A stretch of DNA of 64,000 nucleotides. Origin: Blepharisma stoltei ATCC 30299 (taxonomy: Eukaryota; Protista; Ciliophora). The stretch's first letter is position 1. Every line of letters begins with the position of its first letter. Made by a program: the position numbers and the translations under genes. Of this stretch, positions 51,433-63,465 are shown one piece after another. The notes under the pieces are model-generated. The model was not told where the DNA came from and searched no databases. It saw nothing but the letters and a program-made list of their open reading frames with translations. The DNA lies in the NCBI GenBank assembly GCA_965603825.1, contig CBFDEM010000057.1:62001-126000 (forward strand), given 5' to 3'.

Positions 51433-52137
51433 ATGGGTACTTACAAAAAGCTTGATGGAGGCCTCTCTGATCATATAGCCCAAGTTAACGATTTCCAAAG
51501 CCACATAAAAAAACTCAAAAATTTATCAAACCAGCTAAGTGTCTCAAATAACAGCCCAGAAATCCGATCTGCAATCTTAAAAGAAAGAGAAGGGACAATG
51601 CAGCTTTCCAAAGAAATAATGTCCTCTCTCCGCCAGTTTTCTCCATCAAGAAATGAGAAGCTTCAATATGATAAACTTGTAAAAGAATTCGAAGCATTGC
51701 TTACTCAGTTTAATCAAGTGTGTCAGGCTGTTATTAAAAAGGAAAATGATATATCAAAATTGCCTCAAGATCAAAGACAAGCTCAGCCAGAAATCCAAGA
51801 CGAAGTCCCACAAGGCTTAAAACAGCTTGGAGACATCAGTGACATTGTCCAACAAGACAGAAGAAACCAAATAGCTACCATAGAAAGCGACATGACTGAA
51901 ATCCACGCCATGTTCAAAGAAGTCGCTGAAATGGTCGGCGACCAGGGGAAAATGCTTGACGAAACTGACAGAAATATGGACGTCACTGTTAAAGAGACCT
52001 CAAAAGCTGTCAAAGAGCTCGAACAAAGCTCAAAATATCAAGTTAGTGCTCGAAAAAAGCTTTATTGTCTTTTGATCATGGCGATAGTTCTAATTCTGTT
52101 CTTGGCAGCTGTCGCTTTAGGGTATATATATTTCTAG
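51433..52137 (+). CDS. Syntaxin (Qa-SNARE, STX7/Pep12-like)
   Basis: Habc helices, SNARE motif IESDMTEIHAMFKEVAEMVGDQGKMLD and a C-terminal TM helix. Confidence 0.92.
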   Translation: MGTYKKLDGGLSDHIAQVNDFQSHIKKLKNLSNQLSVSNNSPEIRSAILKEREGTMQLSKEIMSSLRQFSPSRNEKLQYDKLVKEFEALLTQFNQVCQAVIKKENDISKLPQDQRQAQPEIQDEVPQGLKQLGDISDIVQQDRRNQIATIESDMTEIHAMFKEVAEMVGDQGKMLDETDRNMDVTVKETSKAVKELEQSSKYQVSARKKLYCLLIMAIVLILFLAAVALGYIYF

Positions 52138-52160
52138 ACCATTATTAAAATATTTTTTTA

Positions 52161-53660
52161 TTAGTTAGGCTTAATTTGGTTTCTCATACAAAAATTGCCT
52201 GCTTTGTAATGAGAAGTCTGGTTTAAAGTGTCTATAATTGAATCAAGAGAAAAACCATCATTTATATGGTCAAAACTTACGAAATACTCTTGATTAGCCA
52301 CCATAGTGACCTCCACGTCTCCAAATGCTGCCATTTCTTTAGCCACTTGTTCAGCTGTTGCCTTATTGCTGCTTGCCAATTTAAGTACGTTGTCCATAAA
52401 AACATCCATATCTTCCTCTTCTAAATACTCAAAATCAATAAAAGTCGCTTTATGCTGAAACAGGCAAATTTTATTTTTGGCATCTCTGACGATATCCCAC
52501 ATTTCTCGACCAGCATTTTTTGCGGCGTATTTTGAGTAAAATAAAAAGACTACCCCTGTCATATAAGCATCGTAGCCTGCTTCATGTTCTTTTCCTTCTC
52601 CTAAATAATCAATAAAGCTATCATCAAAATTTACCTTGACTAGGTCTTTTAGCTGCTTTCTTTCATAACAGTAACGGTATAAGCTTTCCAGTTTGGTTTT
52701 GCTGATAAATTTTTCTCGACTGAAAAAATGTCTGATAAAGTATTTAGTATCGTAAATTACTGGAAATAAATTAAAAATATCACGCTTGAACTGGAGAAAA
52801 GTGTCAGGCAGCGGGCCGATGAAGTGGTTATAGAGATAAGTGATATCAAAATAAGGGTTGTGCATGATAAGTGGGACTTTCTTGTGCAAAATTGCAGCAA
52901 AAACTTGGGTGACTCCTAAAAAGCTCATGATTTTCACATTTTTCGAGTCTGCTTCTTCTTGCTCAACTACAGGTGGGCAGTAAACCGCCTGCCTTGATTT
53001 CTGCCTTTTTACATTAATCCAAATTTGTGCATTTTTTGTATTTGTCGAAAACTCTACCCCCCTAAAATTATTTACAACCCCTAATGGCCCATAAAACATT
53101 TTTTTCACATACTCACTAGGCATATTTAAGTTCAGTTCTTTTTCATTCCCATTAATAAACCCAATAATCTGCTGTGTATACCCCTCCATCATTTCTCTAT
53201 GTTCATTGCTAATCCTTTTGCTTTCCCTACTCTTTCCTCCCCAATCTTCATAATTTTCTATATCAATCTCATTCATCCTGCAGCAGGTAATTCCTTCTTT
53301 AAACAGTAAATTCATGTCAAAGCCATTTTCCACCAAAAATCTCATGCTGTCGACTGATACACTTAAATTCCTGCTATCAGAATAAGGGACTGTATATATA
53401 GTAAAAGGCCTGGCAATGTACCTTTGTGTTTCTTCACTATAATGAAAAGTGCAAATCCCTAATTGGCACATTCAGAACTCATTAGTAATGGCTTTCATTT
53501 TCCTATACCGCTCATCTAAGGTGTCGTATTTGTGAAATCCTGTGTCGTGGTTGAGGTAAAGCCCTGTGAATTCTAAATCAAGCCCTATCAGCTCAGCTTT
53601 TTTGATAGAGTCTAATATGAGTCAGAGGTTATCCTCATAGTTAGTTTTCGTAATTTTCAT
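52161..53660 (-). CDS. PARN: Poly(A)-specific ribonuclease PARN-like (CAF1/DEDD family; 499 aa)
   Basis: MKITKTNY...IGLDLEFTGL, SMRFLVENGFDMN, MHNPYFD, YDTKY and HEAGYDAYMTG. Confidence 0.92.
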
Positions 53661-53664
53661 TATA

Positions 53665-54252
53665 TTAATTAAGCCCATGCAAAGCTCCAACAGCAATTTC
53701 AAGGCCTAGCCTTGGCTCGGATTCAGGGTAGCCTGTTTTTAATGTAACCATTCTGACTGTCTTTGTAGAGGAGGAATAGACTTGCAGATGGACTTCAGGC
53801 TTCATTGAGGCATAAGCTTCAAGTGTGTCTATATCTTGCATATCAAAGTCTATGCTGCCTAATATATAGTCTTCTAATGGGATTATTCCTGCAAGCTTGG
53901 CAGGCTGATTGTCTATAACTTTTGTAACATGAAGGATTTTTGAGCGTGATTGCTGGATGTCTTCGTAACGTAAGGTGATGCCGAGGGCTCCTTCTCCTTT
54001 TCATTGCTTAGGGACGACTATTACTTCTCGGATATTGTCTGCAGCTAAATTGTAGACTGATAAGGTAACTTCACAATCTATATTAAGTTTTATTATTTCT
54101 TGGAATGGGATTTCAGACTCTCTTAAATTAGTGCCGTTGACTGATTCAATAAAATCAAGAAACGGTTGCAGTTTTGCCTCATGTGCTGGAGAACCTTCAA
54201 ATACTTCAATTACTCTATAGCCATGCTGCGATTTTGTCTCAGAAGATCCCAT
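53665..54252 (-). CDS. GORASP: Golgi reassembly stacking protein GRASP55/65-like (195 aa)
   Basis: MGSSE myristoylation start, GYRV..V..GSPA..A.L.PF.DFI, P.QW.GEGALG, PA.LAG....DYILG and LGLEIAVGALH; two PDZ-like domains. Confidence 0.92.
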
Positions 54253-54372
54253 AATTATTAATAAATGGCAAAATCCAGTCTTTTCGCCTCTTTAAACTTT
54301 ATCTTAATAATCAACACAAAATCTTTATATTTTCCTTTAAAAGTATTAATATAATCTTGAAAAAAGAGAAAG

Positions 54373-55611
54373 ATGTCTGAGCAAAGAATCCAGAAAGCTT
54401 TGACCTTTTTGAAGAACCCAAAAATAGCTTCAATGACCCATGAGAAAAAAATTGAATTTTTGCGAACAAAACTGCCGCCTCAAGAGATGGAAGAAGTTCT
54501 AAGAAGATACAAAGAAGGTGATGATTTTTCTCAATTTTTTGACCAAAACTCACAAAATAATGTTCCAGCACAACAAATCCCTGCTCAAATCCCTCAGCAG
54601 CTTCCTCCAGCAGTATTACAATCTCCTTCAGTTCCAGCTGCTTCATCTAAATGAAGTTTTGGCTTGCTTGGAGTTGTAGCTTCAGCAATAATCGGAGCAA
54701 TTGGAAGTGCAATGTTCCTCAATGCTCAGCCAAAAGATAAAGTCAGACGTAGAAGGAACCAGCCACGTCATGCTGATAGCGTCAGCAATAGTTCTGATTT
54801 GGATTCACAAAGAGAGTCTGCTACTAATGAACTGGTTTCCCAGAGATCTCAAGGGGAAAACCAGCTTTTAGAAAGATTAATAACCCAGCAAGCAGAAGCT
54901 TTTGAAGGCTTAAGCAAGCAGATTGCTTCTTTACAGTTTGCTATTGAAACTTTAAAAAGAGATCAAGCTCAATTAATGACACAACCAAATTCTCAACCCC
55001 AAAACAGCCAGGAAATAAGTGAGCCAGTTCCAGCGATAAAATTCAAGACTAAGGAAGAAATTAATGAAATTTTTCAAGAGTTTTTGGGAAATACCACGAG
55101 TGCAGACCAAAAAGCGACAGCGTTAAAAAATATGCGAATGTGGTTTCAAAATATGGTAAATAGCCCAAGTGACCAAAACAAAAATAAAATAAATACGACA
55201 AATATGCAATATAAAAATTCAATAGCTGGCAATAAAGCAGCAGCAGGTTTGCTAGAAGCTGTAGGGCTGATTCTAAAAGGGAACATCTGGGAGTTTAATC
55301 CTATTTATGTAGAGCCACTAAGAAATCTGCTAGATTTAGTTTCAGAAGAAATTTCAAAGATGCCTCCACTGCCTCCTCCGAAATTTAACTCGTCCCAGCC
55401 TTGGCTTCCTCAGAAGCAGGAATCTGCAAAGTTAGAAGAAAATAAAGCTAAAGAAGAACAAGACAAAAAAGGCTTAGAAGAAAAAAATGATAATGAGAAG
55501 AAAGAAGCTGAGAAAATAGAAGAAATCAAAAAAGAAGACACAAATATAATTTCAGTTGAAGAAATCAAAGAGAGTGAACAAACAGACCAAGTTGCAATTC
55601 AAAATGCGTAA
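54373..55611 (+). CDS. PEX14: Peroxin 14 with a PUB-like domain (412 aa)
   Basis: Pex14_N motif IQKALTFLKNPKI......KKIEFLRTKL...EMEEVL, then TM, coiled coil, PUB-like segment and a QPW motif. Confidence 0.87.
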
Positions 55612-55747
55612 TAAATAATAAATATGGAAAGAACTATTAATTTTGAATTTTGAAGAGCCATCATCTATTAGTAATTAATATATTGGCTTCTAGATACTGC
55701 TTTTGGAGTATTAAGGCTAGATTAATTTCAAAATTTCCACGCCTCAA

Positions 55748-56263
55748 TTAGTTAAGACAATTTCTGTACTGTTCTTGGAAATTATCACATATTTCCTCAA
55801 TATAATGATTACTAAGCAAAGCTACATAAACTTCGGACATATCACAAATATTGCAATCAGAAAGACATAAATCATCTCTTAATAATCGCCTATTAAAAAT
55901 AACGACAAATTCGTCGAGGGGCCATCCTTCTCTATCTTCAATTATAAGTTTTATATCTTTGACTTTGGATTTAGGTTCAAGAAAATCTATTCAATGCTGT
56001 TTACAACGACTCAACAGTCTTATAATTACCATAAATCCTCCTCTCAGTCTTAGAGCGAGATTTAGCGTAGATTCTTTTAGGACGTTATAATCAGCTAACG
56101 TTCGGCCATCCTCTAATTGTTTGCCTGCGAAGATAAGCCTCTGTTGATCTAGAGGAATACCTTCTTTATCTTGGAGTTTAGTTCTGACTTCATCGATTGT
56201 ATCAGATGAATCTACATCTAGACTTATTGTTTGGCCAGTCAATGCTTTTACGAATATTTGCAT
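55748..56263 (-). CDS. Divergent ubiquitin fused to a second ubiquitin-like domain (171 aa)
   Basis: MQIFVK...LRLRGG, then via TGA ...[40 protein letters not shown]. Confidence 0.88.
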
Positions 56264-56420
56264 TATATAATAATTAATTTTATGTATAGCTCGATAATCC
56301 CGGTGAATCATGCTGGTTTAGTATATAAAGCCTTTAGGGGTTGACTTATTTATAAATATAGATTGCCTTACATTCAAAATATTTCAGAAAGCATCAGTTT
56401 TAAACTATAATATTTTTTAA

Positions 56421-58049
56421 TTAAATTTTATTTTTAAAATACATCTGTGTCATTGCTAAAAGACTACTAAGTAATATAGTGGCAATCTTAGCAAGCATAA
56501 TTGAGTCAAGCTTTATTCCCATTATCTTAACTGGCCTTAATATTTCGTCCTGCTCAATTTTTTGAACCACAAACTGAAGCAACTTAACAGATGCCTTACA
56601 GTCGCTATTAGGGTCTTTATAGTCATTATTTTTCATTATATGCCCAATAATATTTAGCACTAAATCCCTATGCACACTAAATGCCTGATTCAGGGCAATG
56701 CCCGAAAAAATCATATAAATAATAAGAATCAAGCAAATAACTGTTAAAAATAACAGCGAAATTAGTGCACCATTAGAAGCTCCTCCCAATACTCCACCTG
56801 TTTGTAATAAAAACAGCGCAATCATAACAAAAGTTAAAGGAAATACCAATGAGGAATAAGCAAATATTCTATATGTATATTTTCTACCGAAATCTAAAAA
56901 AACAACTCTTAAGGTGTACCAAGCATCTATAGTCCTTAAATCATACATATCGGCATTTGGTATATTATGGTCAAAAACAGAAGTACCTTTAATGTCAAGG
57001 TCGCTGATGAGGGCAGTGCACTCATCAATTAAGGTTCTTTTCCTTTTAAAATCTACCACACCAACATAAATAAACATGAGAAACCTCCAGCCCTCAAAAA
57101 TGGTTTCTATTGTGTTTAAAACTGCAATAGCAATTAAAAGACCGTTCATATCTCCAGAAAAATTCCCATAAATCCAATATTTTGTAATAAAAGGCAAACT
57201 CGCATAGATTATAGCTGATAACAAAATTAATTTGCCTTCTCTACTAATATGTGCCCTTGAGTCAGCTTTCTGTATCAGTTGTCTTGCGAAAACTATAAAA
57301 GGGTAGCATTGGTTTCCGTCTTCATGGGAATTATTTTCATGGTTAATTTCAATACCCAATTTAATTTTTAAGTCTGTGAATGCTTTATGGCATGAGTCTT
57401 CTAAAGGAGCTTCAAAGAGAAAACAAAGCTCTGAGGCATTTTTGCTTTGCCTTCTTAAACTCATATGAATCTCAGTGTCAAGAACTTCTTCAGGAATGTG
57501 AAGCCAAGAAAGTATGAGAAACTCTGAGCGGATTTCTTTTGTGTCAATTATGCCTTTATTTAAATGCTTTCATTTTTTTTCGGAGTAGTAGCCATACTTA
57601 ATTGAAATCAGTGCAGTTTTAAGAAAAATTATAGCTAAACTTGAAACAATAAGCCCAATCCACTGGTAAGCTAGCTCTTGATAGTAGATACAGAAAATGA
57701 CAGTCATTGCTGTGCATGTAAATGTGGTAAATTCAACTAAATAAGTCACTGTTCTTGCGAATGCCATATTTATACAGAGACTTGAGCCAAAGACCTTATG
57801 AAGTATAGGTAAACTGAGAGGGCCAAGCAAAATATGTATAAGATGTATTGATAAAGCAATTGCAAACTGATTCCAATGGTAACTAAATTCATATTGTGCA
57901 TCTTCATCATGCGTTTTTAATTTTCTAAGCAGAGTCAGCCCACTTGAGTTTCTATTATCTAAAAACTGACTATTCCTTGAAGAGAGCCAAAATGTCTCCG
58001 ATTCAGGCTCTTTAGGACTCGGATAAATCTGAGCTCTACTATTAGACAT
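56421..58049 (-). CDS. Multi-pass membrane protein, PHTF/7TMIC-like (542 aa)
   Basis: Two ORFs joined by TGA; 7-8 hydrophobic helices; IDAWYTLR..F..FG and terminal RPVKIMGIKLDSIML..I..ILLS motifs. The CDS is solid; the family is inferred. Confidence 0.7.
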
Positions 58050-58080
58050 TTATTTATAATTTTTAAACTTAAATTTTTAT

Positions 58081-60502
58081 TTATCCAATTTGTAGGTGGG
58101 CAAACGGTGAATTTAATTTGCATCTCTAAATAAAAAATTACCAGCTCATATTCTTCTTTCATATTTGACCGCTTAACTATTTTATTATTTTCTTTTTTAT
58201 CAGCAATTTCTTGAATATTTGACAGCCTGCTATCAATATCATTTCTTACGTTTTTTATATATTGCAGCCTAATATCTTTACTTTGAGCCAATTTCTGTTT
58301 GTCTTCTAAACCCATATTTAAAGGCTGGAATTTTTTAGCAGAAAATCTTTCTTCATCACTTGCATACATCCCTGCATCAACTGGCGGCAAGTGCTGGGCA
58401 AAGGTGTCTTTATGAGGTGGATTAGAGCCATACCTTGTATTTGAAACTAGCTGGATCAGCTTATCGTCAGGCCGAAACTGGTTTCTTAAATTTTCATGCG
58501 CTTTGTTAAAAAAATCAGTTTGGCTCATCTGAGCTTTCAAAAATCCTGATGAAGGCTGAGAAATATTCATAAACTTTTGGCTGTCTTCTTGTAGCCTCTC
58601 ATGATTTGACTGTATAATATTAGGCTGTACATGTTTAGAAAACTCCCTAAAGCCTACATGTCCATTTTTTCCATCATCTAAAAATGCCATAAGGTCTTCT
58701 ACATCTTCTGAGCTATGCACAATATTGTTTAATTCCAATGCAGACTGAAGATCTTCTTTAGTTATAAACCCATCGCCATCTCTATCGAATTTTTTAAAAA
58801 TATTCAGACTTCGCTGAGACCCTTGGACAAACATTTTTTCCTCAATATCTTTGAGAAGCCTTTTCACATTTCCATTAGAATTTACATCATAATTTTTGGT
58901 CTCTCGATATGGAGGAACTGCTCGTTTTATGATATGAAGCTCTTGTGCTGCCTTTGTGTCTTCCATAAAAATATTGTTAGTGATGTCTTCTACTAAAGCA
59001 AGGCCGTCTTTGTTATAGATGTATGAGGATAAAAACCCTTCAAGCTCTTTTTTTGTTATTTTAAAAGTTTGTTTTTCTTTTAGCTTGGCTATGACGAAGT
59101 CTTTTAATTGTTCTTGAGATACTTTGTTGTCGATGCCAGCTTGTGAGAGCTCTTCATTTAATTTTTGTTGGGAATCGACACCTTCTCGTAAGAATTGCCT
59201 TATTTTGCGTGCTCTTAAGAAAATGTTATCTAACTGATTTACAGGGGCTTTTTGTCTGTCAATTATTGCGAGGCTTCCTTTATATTGCATGGTGCTTTGC
59301 TTAGGTGGCTTGCCGAACCCATCAGTAGTATCATTTGTTAATTTATTGTACTCTTGTATCAATGGATTAACAGGGGGCCCAATTTCTTCAAGTCTGGCTG
59401 CGTTTGATTGGTCGAACTCATTTAGTTTGTCTATAAAATCTCTATAGTTAAGCCCTTCATCATTTCCTCCCATATCCATATATAGAAGTTTCCAGTGCTT
59501 TTCATTCGCTATACTAGTAGGTAAATCCATATTGTTCAGAATATTGGCGAAATATTCAAAATTTACTTTTCCAGTCTTATTTTTATCTCTTCTGATAAGC
59601 TGGGCTGCTAACCCATTTATTTTTTCCTTAAGCTGGATTTTTAGCTCATTTTGGATTTTCTTGGTGTGCTGATTTACAGCTGATTCATGCATTTCAATTA
59701 ATTTTTTATCTGAGTCTGGAGATGGGTTTTCTTCAGTTAGAGCTGCTAAATCGACATTTAGCCTGTCATCTTGATCAAAAATTAGTTGCATGAACTCATC
59801 TAAATTTAAAGCTCCAGTATTGCTTTGGTTTGCGCTTGCCACTAAAACTCGGGCTTCCAGGGTATTGATAGGAATTCCGATTTTATTGACCATTTTGCAG
59901 ACATCTTCAGGACGTAAAACACCTAATGATCTTTCGTCTCATTGGTTAAAAATTTTTCTAAAGTCAGTTCTATTTGCATAACGCCTTCTCATAGTTCTTC
60001 TAATATCAGCTACCTTTTTTAAGTCTACTTTTCCTTCAAGAGTATGCTTATGATCCATATGCACAAGCTGCGTTTCTTGTATTGCAATCTTATTATCAAT
60101 TTCTTTCGTTTTATGATATTTATCGAATTTCTTGATATTTTTTTCTTCCTCTTTTGATGGTCGGTTAGCTTTCATTTGTGCATTTTTAAGATATGGCTCA
60201 TTATCCCCACCAGTAAAGAGATTTTCCCCTCCTAAATTCGAAGTTTTTGGCCTTGCAATGGGTTCTTTGGGTTTGATTTTTTTATTATGAGTATCATAAA
60301 AAGTTGTCTGTGTTTGGAAAGGATTTTCTCTAGATATCGGCAATGATTTCACTCTGGATAATCCTAGTTGTGCCTGATGATATGGATAAGCACTCTCATA
60401 TAGCGGCAGTCTCGCTTTTCTTTCTGCTTTGGTTTCAGGCGCTGTTCTTATATCAGAATTGCTGACACCTGTCATGTGTAACCGAGGTTTTCGTAATCCC
60501 AT
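58081..60502 (-). CDS. Multi-EF-hand protein (about 800 aa) with one 16-nt intron
   Basis: EF loops DKNKTGKVNFEYF, DRDGDGFITKEDL and DDGKNGHVGFREF; spliced end ELRCKLNSPFAHLQIG*. Confidence 0.87.
58126..58141 (-). other. 16-nt intron
   Basis: GTAATTTTTTATTTAG (A at position 11). Splicing ends the CDS at TAA 58081 and removes an apparent overlap with the next gene. Confidence 0.82.
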
Positions 60503-60530
60503 TTAATACAAATTTAAACACAAATTTTAT

Positions 60531-63206
60531 TTATTTTTCTTCTAATAGCTTCTGTGAATAAAACCCATTATAGTCAAGCCTAATCACCAAATTAATCAAA
60601 TGCACTTCACTTCTGCTCCTGCTTTTATGAATTATTTGTAAAAACTGCTTTAAAAATTCGTCGAATCTTTTAGAATATTCTTCTATCATTAAATTGTATC
60701 GTTTTTTAGCCAGAACTTTGCCGGTTACTGATGACTCTTCTTTTATTTTGGCTGATCTTTTTTCTGAATATGTAGATTTAGGCCTGCTTAAATCTGATCC
60801 TATGACTTGGCTGAAAAGCGGGTCCTCCACCTTGGCACTGTCTATGTATTTTTGAACCATTTCGGCAAAATATGCACAAGACCATATAGTTTTGTTGAGG
60901 ACCATAAAAAGTTCGTAATCCATTAGCAAGCATTCTTTTAAGCACTCGTCTAGAAAAACTGTATGGAAATTCATGATTTCATCAATTGTAGTCGCAGTTT
61001 TTAATTTTTCACTAAAACTGTGCCATTTTTCTTCAAGGACTTCGACTTCCATATAATAGACGTAATTTTTGACAAAATGAAGCATCCTCTGGCGGAGACA
61101 ATATGAGGCTGAAAAAGCACCTTGGACGTCTAATTCTTTTGTAGACTGATGCAGAAGCCAAGTGCTGCACAGCTGTCTTTCCACCCATTTGCAGAAGAAT
61201 AAGTGTCTAAATATCAGCTGGTACTTCATTAATGCTTTGTGAGAAATAATTAGTGTCAGAGGCCACCTTACCTTGTAGTCAAGAACAAAAGCTTCAAGAC
61301 CTTTGAAACTTTGAGCTACAGTAAATATTGGGGAAGCTTCAGTATTGGGCTTTAAGTTTCCACAAATATTGTGCATAGCGTAAAGCTGCTCTAGAAGAGT
61401 GTAAGATTGAAGCTCACAGGTCACGTCTTCTTTGAATTTATCAAAATTTGCAGAGGAGGTTCTTAAAGAGAGGTCAAGTAATGATTCAAGTTTTTCTCGT
61501 GAGACCATTCTTATGTGCTTAGCCAGCTCATCTTCAGCACTGTCCATAAAATGGACGAAAAAGTCTCCAAGATCTAAAAAGAAATAATGCTTGATAGATT
61601 TCAATCGGCTTATTAGCTGCTCTTCTTCTAAAATCAAAGATAAGAGCCTTTGTGAAGCCCACTCATACGCATGCTCTATTGGCTCGATAAAATCTCTATG
61701 ATTCCCTATATTTGATAGCAATTTCGGATTCTTTTTCGGATCCAGCTCATCTGCATATGGGCACTCCACAGTTTTTCCGCACTCCCTAATAACGTTCAAA
61801 TACTTTCCAGTAAAAAGCACTTTTCCAGTCAGTTTTTGTAGGAATAGCGGCACTTGTGATTCCCTAAATTCAAACCTCTTGTCTCAATAATTATCATTAA
61901 AATCCCTATTCAAATTTTCTTTGCTATGCTCTTTTTGTTCTTTTATCAAAAATTCTTCATAAGGGTCATCAATTTCTCCATAATGTATCCACGTACTCAG
62001 CATCTCTAAATAAGGCACTGACGATTTTTCCATCAAAAAACTGAATAGCCTTTTATTTTGAGGGTCACTAGCTGACGTCATACATCTATAAATTTCATTA
62101 AGCATAGCTCCTCCTTTTAGGTTTTCAGCCTCATTTACAAATTTAGTCAAACTTTCCATAGTCCTCAAGCACGGCTGCAAATAAAACCACAGTTTCTGGA
62201 TCGTCATGTCCCCTTTTATATATTCTGCATCAATTTGAGTGATTTTTAAGCTGTATTCTTTTAATAATGAAGAAATTGCTTCGCAGAGGGCGTGGCTTAC
62301 TAAGCCAAAGGCATAATTTGAGTGGATATTTAAAAAAGTAGAGACTTGGTCATGGTATGCACAGAGGGGAAGGATTTTGCTGATAAGATATAAAAGAGAC
62401 TCATCACAGGTTGGCTTATCTAAATAAGGCTCCACTGCAAATGTGAAGACTTTAGAATCATCATTTTCTTCTTGCTTCCTTTTTATATAGGTCCCTTCAA
62501 TACTATGCAAAGAAAATAAAAGATCTTCAAGAAGAAGCTGCTCTTGGCCAGCAATAGGGAAATTCTCAAGGTTTTTGCCTTCTTCAGGGAATGTTCTTCT
62601 TCTAAAGGACAAGCCTTTACTAGAAACTTCAGTATATGGACTTCTATTCAGGACTAAATCATTATGGTTTAAATTAGGCCTCGTATATACCCAGTCAGGA
62701 ATAAAAGGCACATTTGCCCTCATAATTTTCCACGTGCTTTCTTGGCATGATCCTTGGCCATTTGCAGAAACCACCCCAGATGCGTCCACAATGAGCTCGC
62801 CAAAAGGAGTTTTCAATACAATATCATCATAACAAGTCACAGGTCTTTTAATGCCTGGGTTATTTGCACTGAAAATGGTCCATTTCACAAGTTTATTGTT
62901 GGCGGCTGACTCACTTTTTTCGATTTTTACCTCACGGTTAGCGTTGAAGGAGAGGTAGCCGCCATTTGGGGTTGTGAGAGATATGGCTGAGCCGAAAGTG
63001 ACTAGGCCTTTGTAGTCTTTGTTTTGAGAATTAATTATGATAAATTGTTGGGAAGATTCTGAATCAGAGTATGAAATTAAAGGGTGTAGACCTGTGGCTG
63101 TGACTAGGCCGTCAGCGTTGTTGGATTTGAGAAACTTGTGCTCTTTGACGTTTCTTAAGGTGACTGAGCTGGAAAATAGGATTTGAGTTGCGTCTGCTAA
63201 TTGCAT
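60531..63206 (-). CDS. TUBGCP2: Gamma-tubulin complex component 2 with N-terminal beta-trefoil-like domain (891 aa)
   Basis: GRIP motifs QE..LLEDLL..L..IEG.YI, QKLWFYLQP, WIHYGEIDDPYEEF, Y-W(TGA)-DKRF, TGKYLNVIRECG, SIKHYFFLDLGDF, YKVRWPL and RLDYNGFY. Confidence 0.93.
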
Positions 63207-63465
63207 TCAATGTGATATCTTTATAAATGTGTTTTAATAGAAGAAGGTGAGAGATGATAAGAATAGATAAATGCTAAAATAATTGCATTCAGCTGCTTTA
63301 AATCATATAGGAGCTAGTTTTATGATTATTTAGTTAATTTGGAATATATATCAGTTCTTGTTATCTGATATATTCTCGACTCATAAATATCTCAAAGGAA
63401 TAACCCATAAAATAAAAATTTATGCTTTAATTTAACAACATCAGTTAAAATATATGTGTTTTCTT

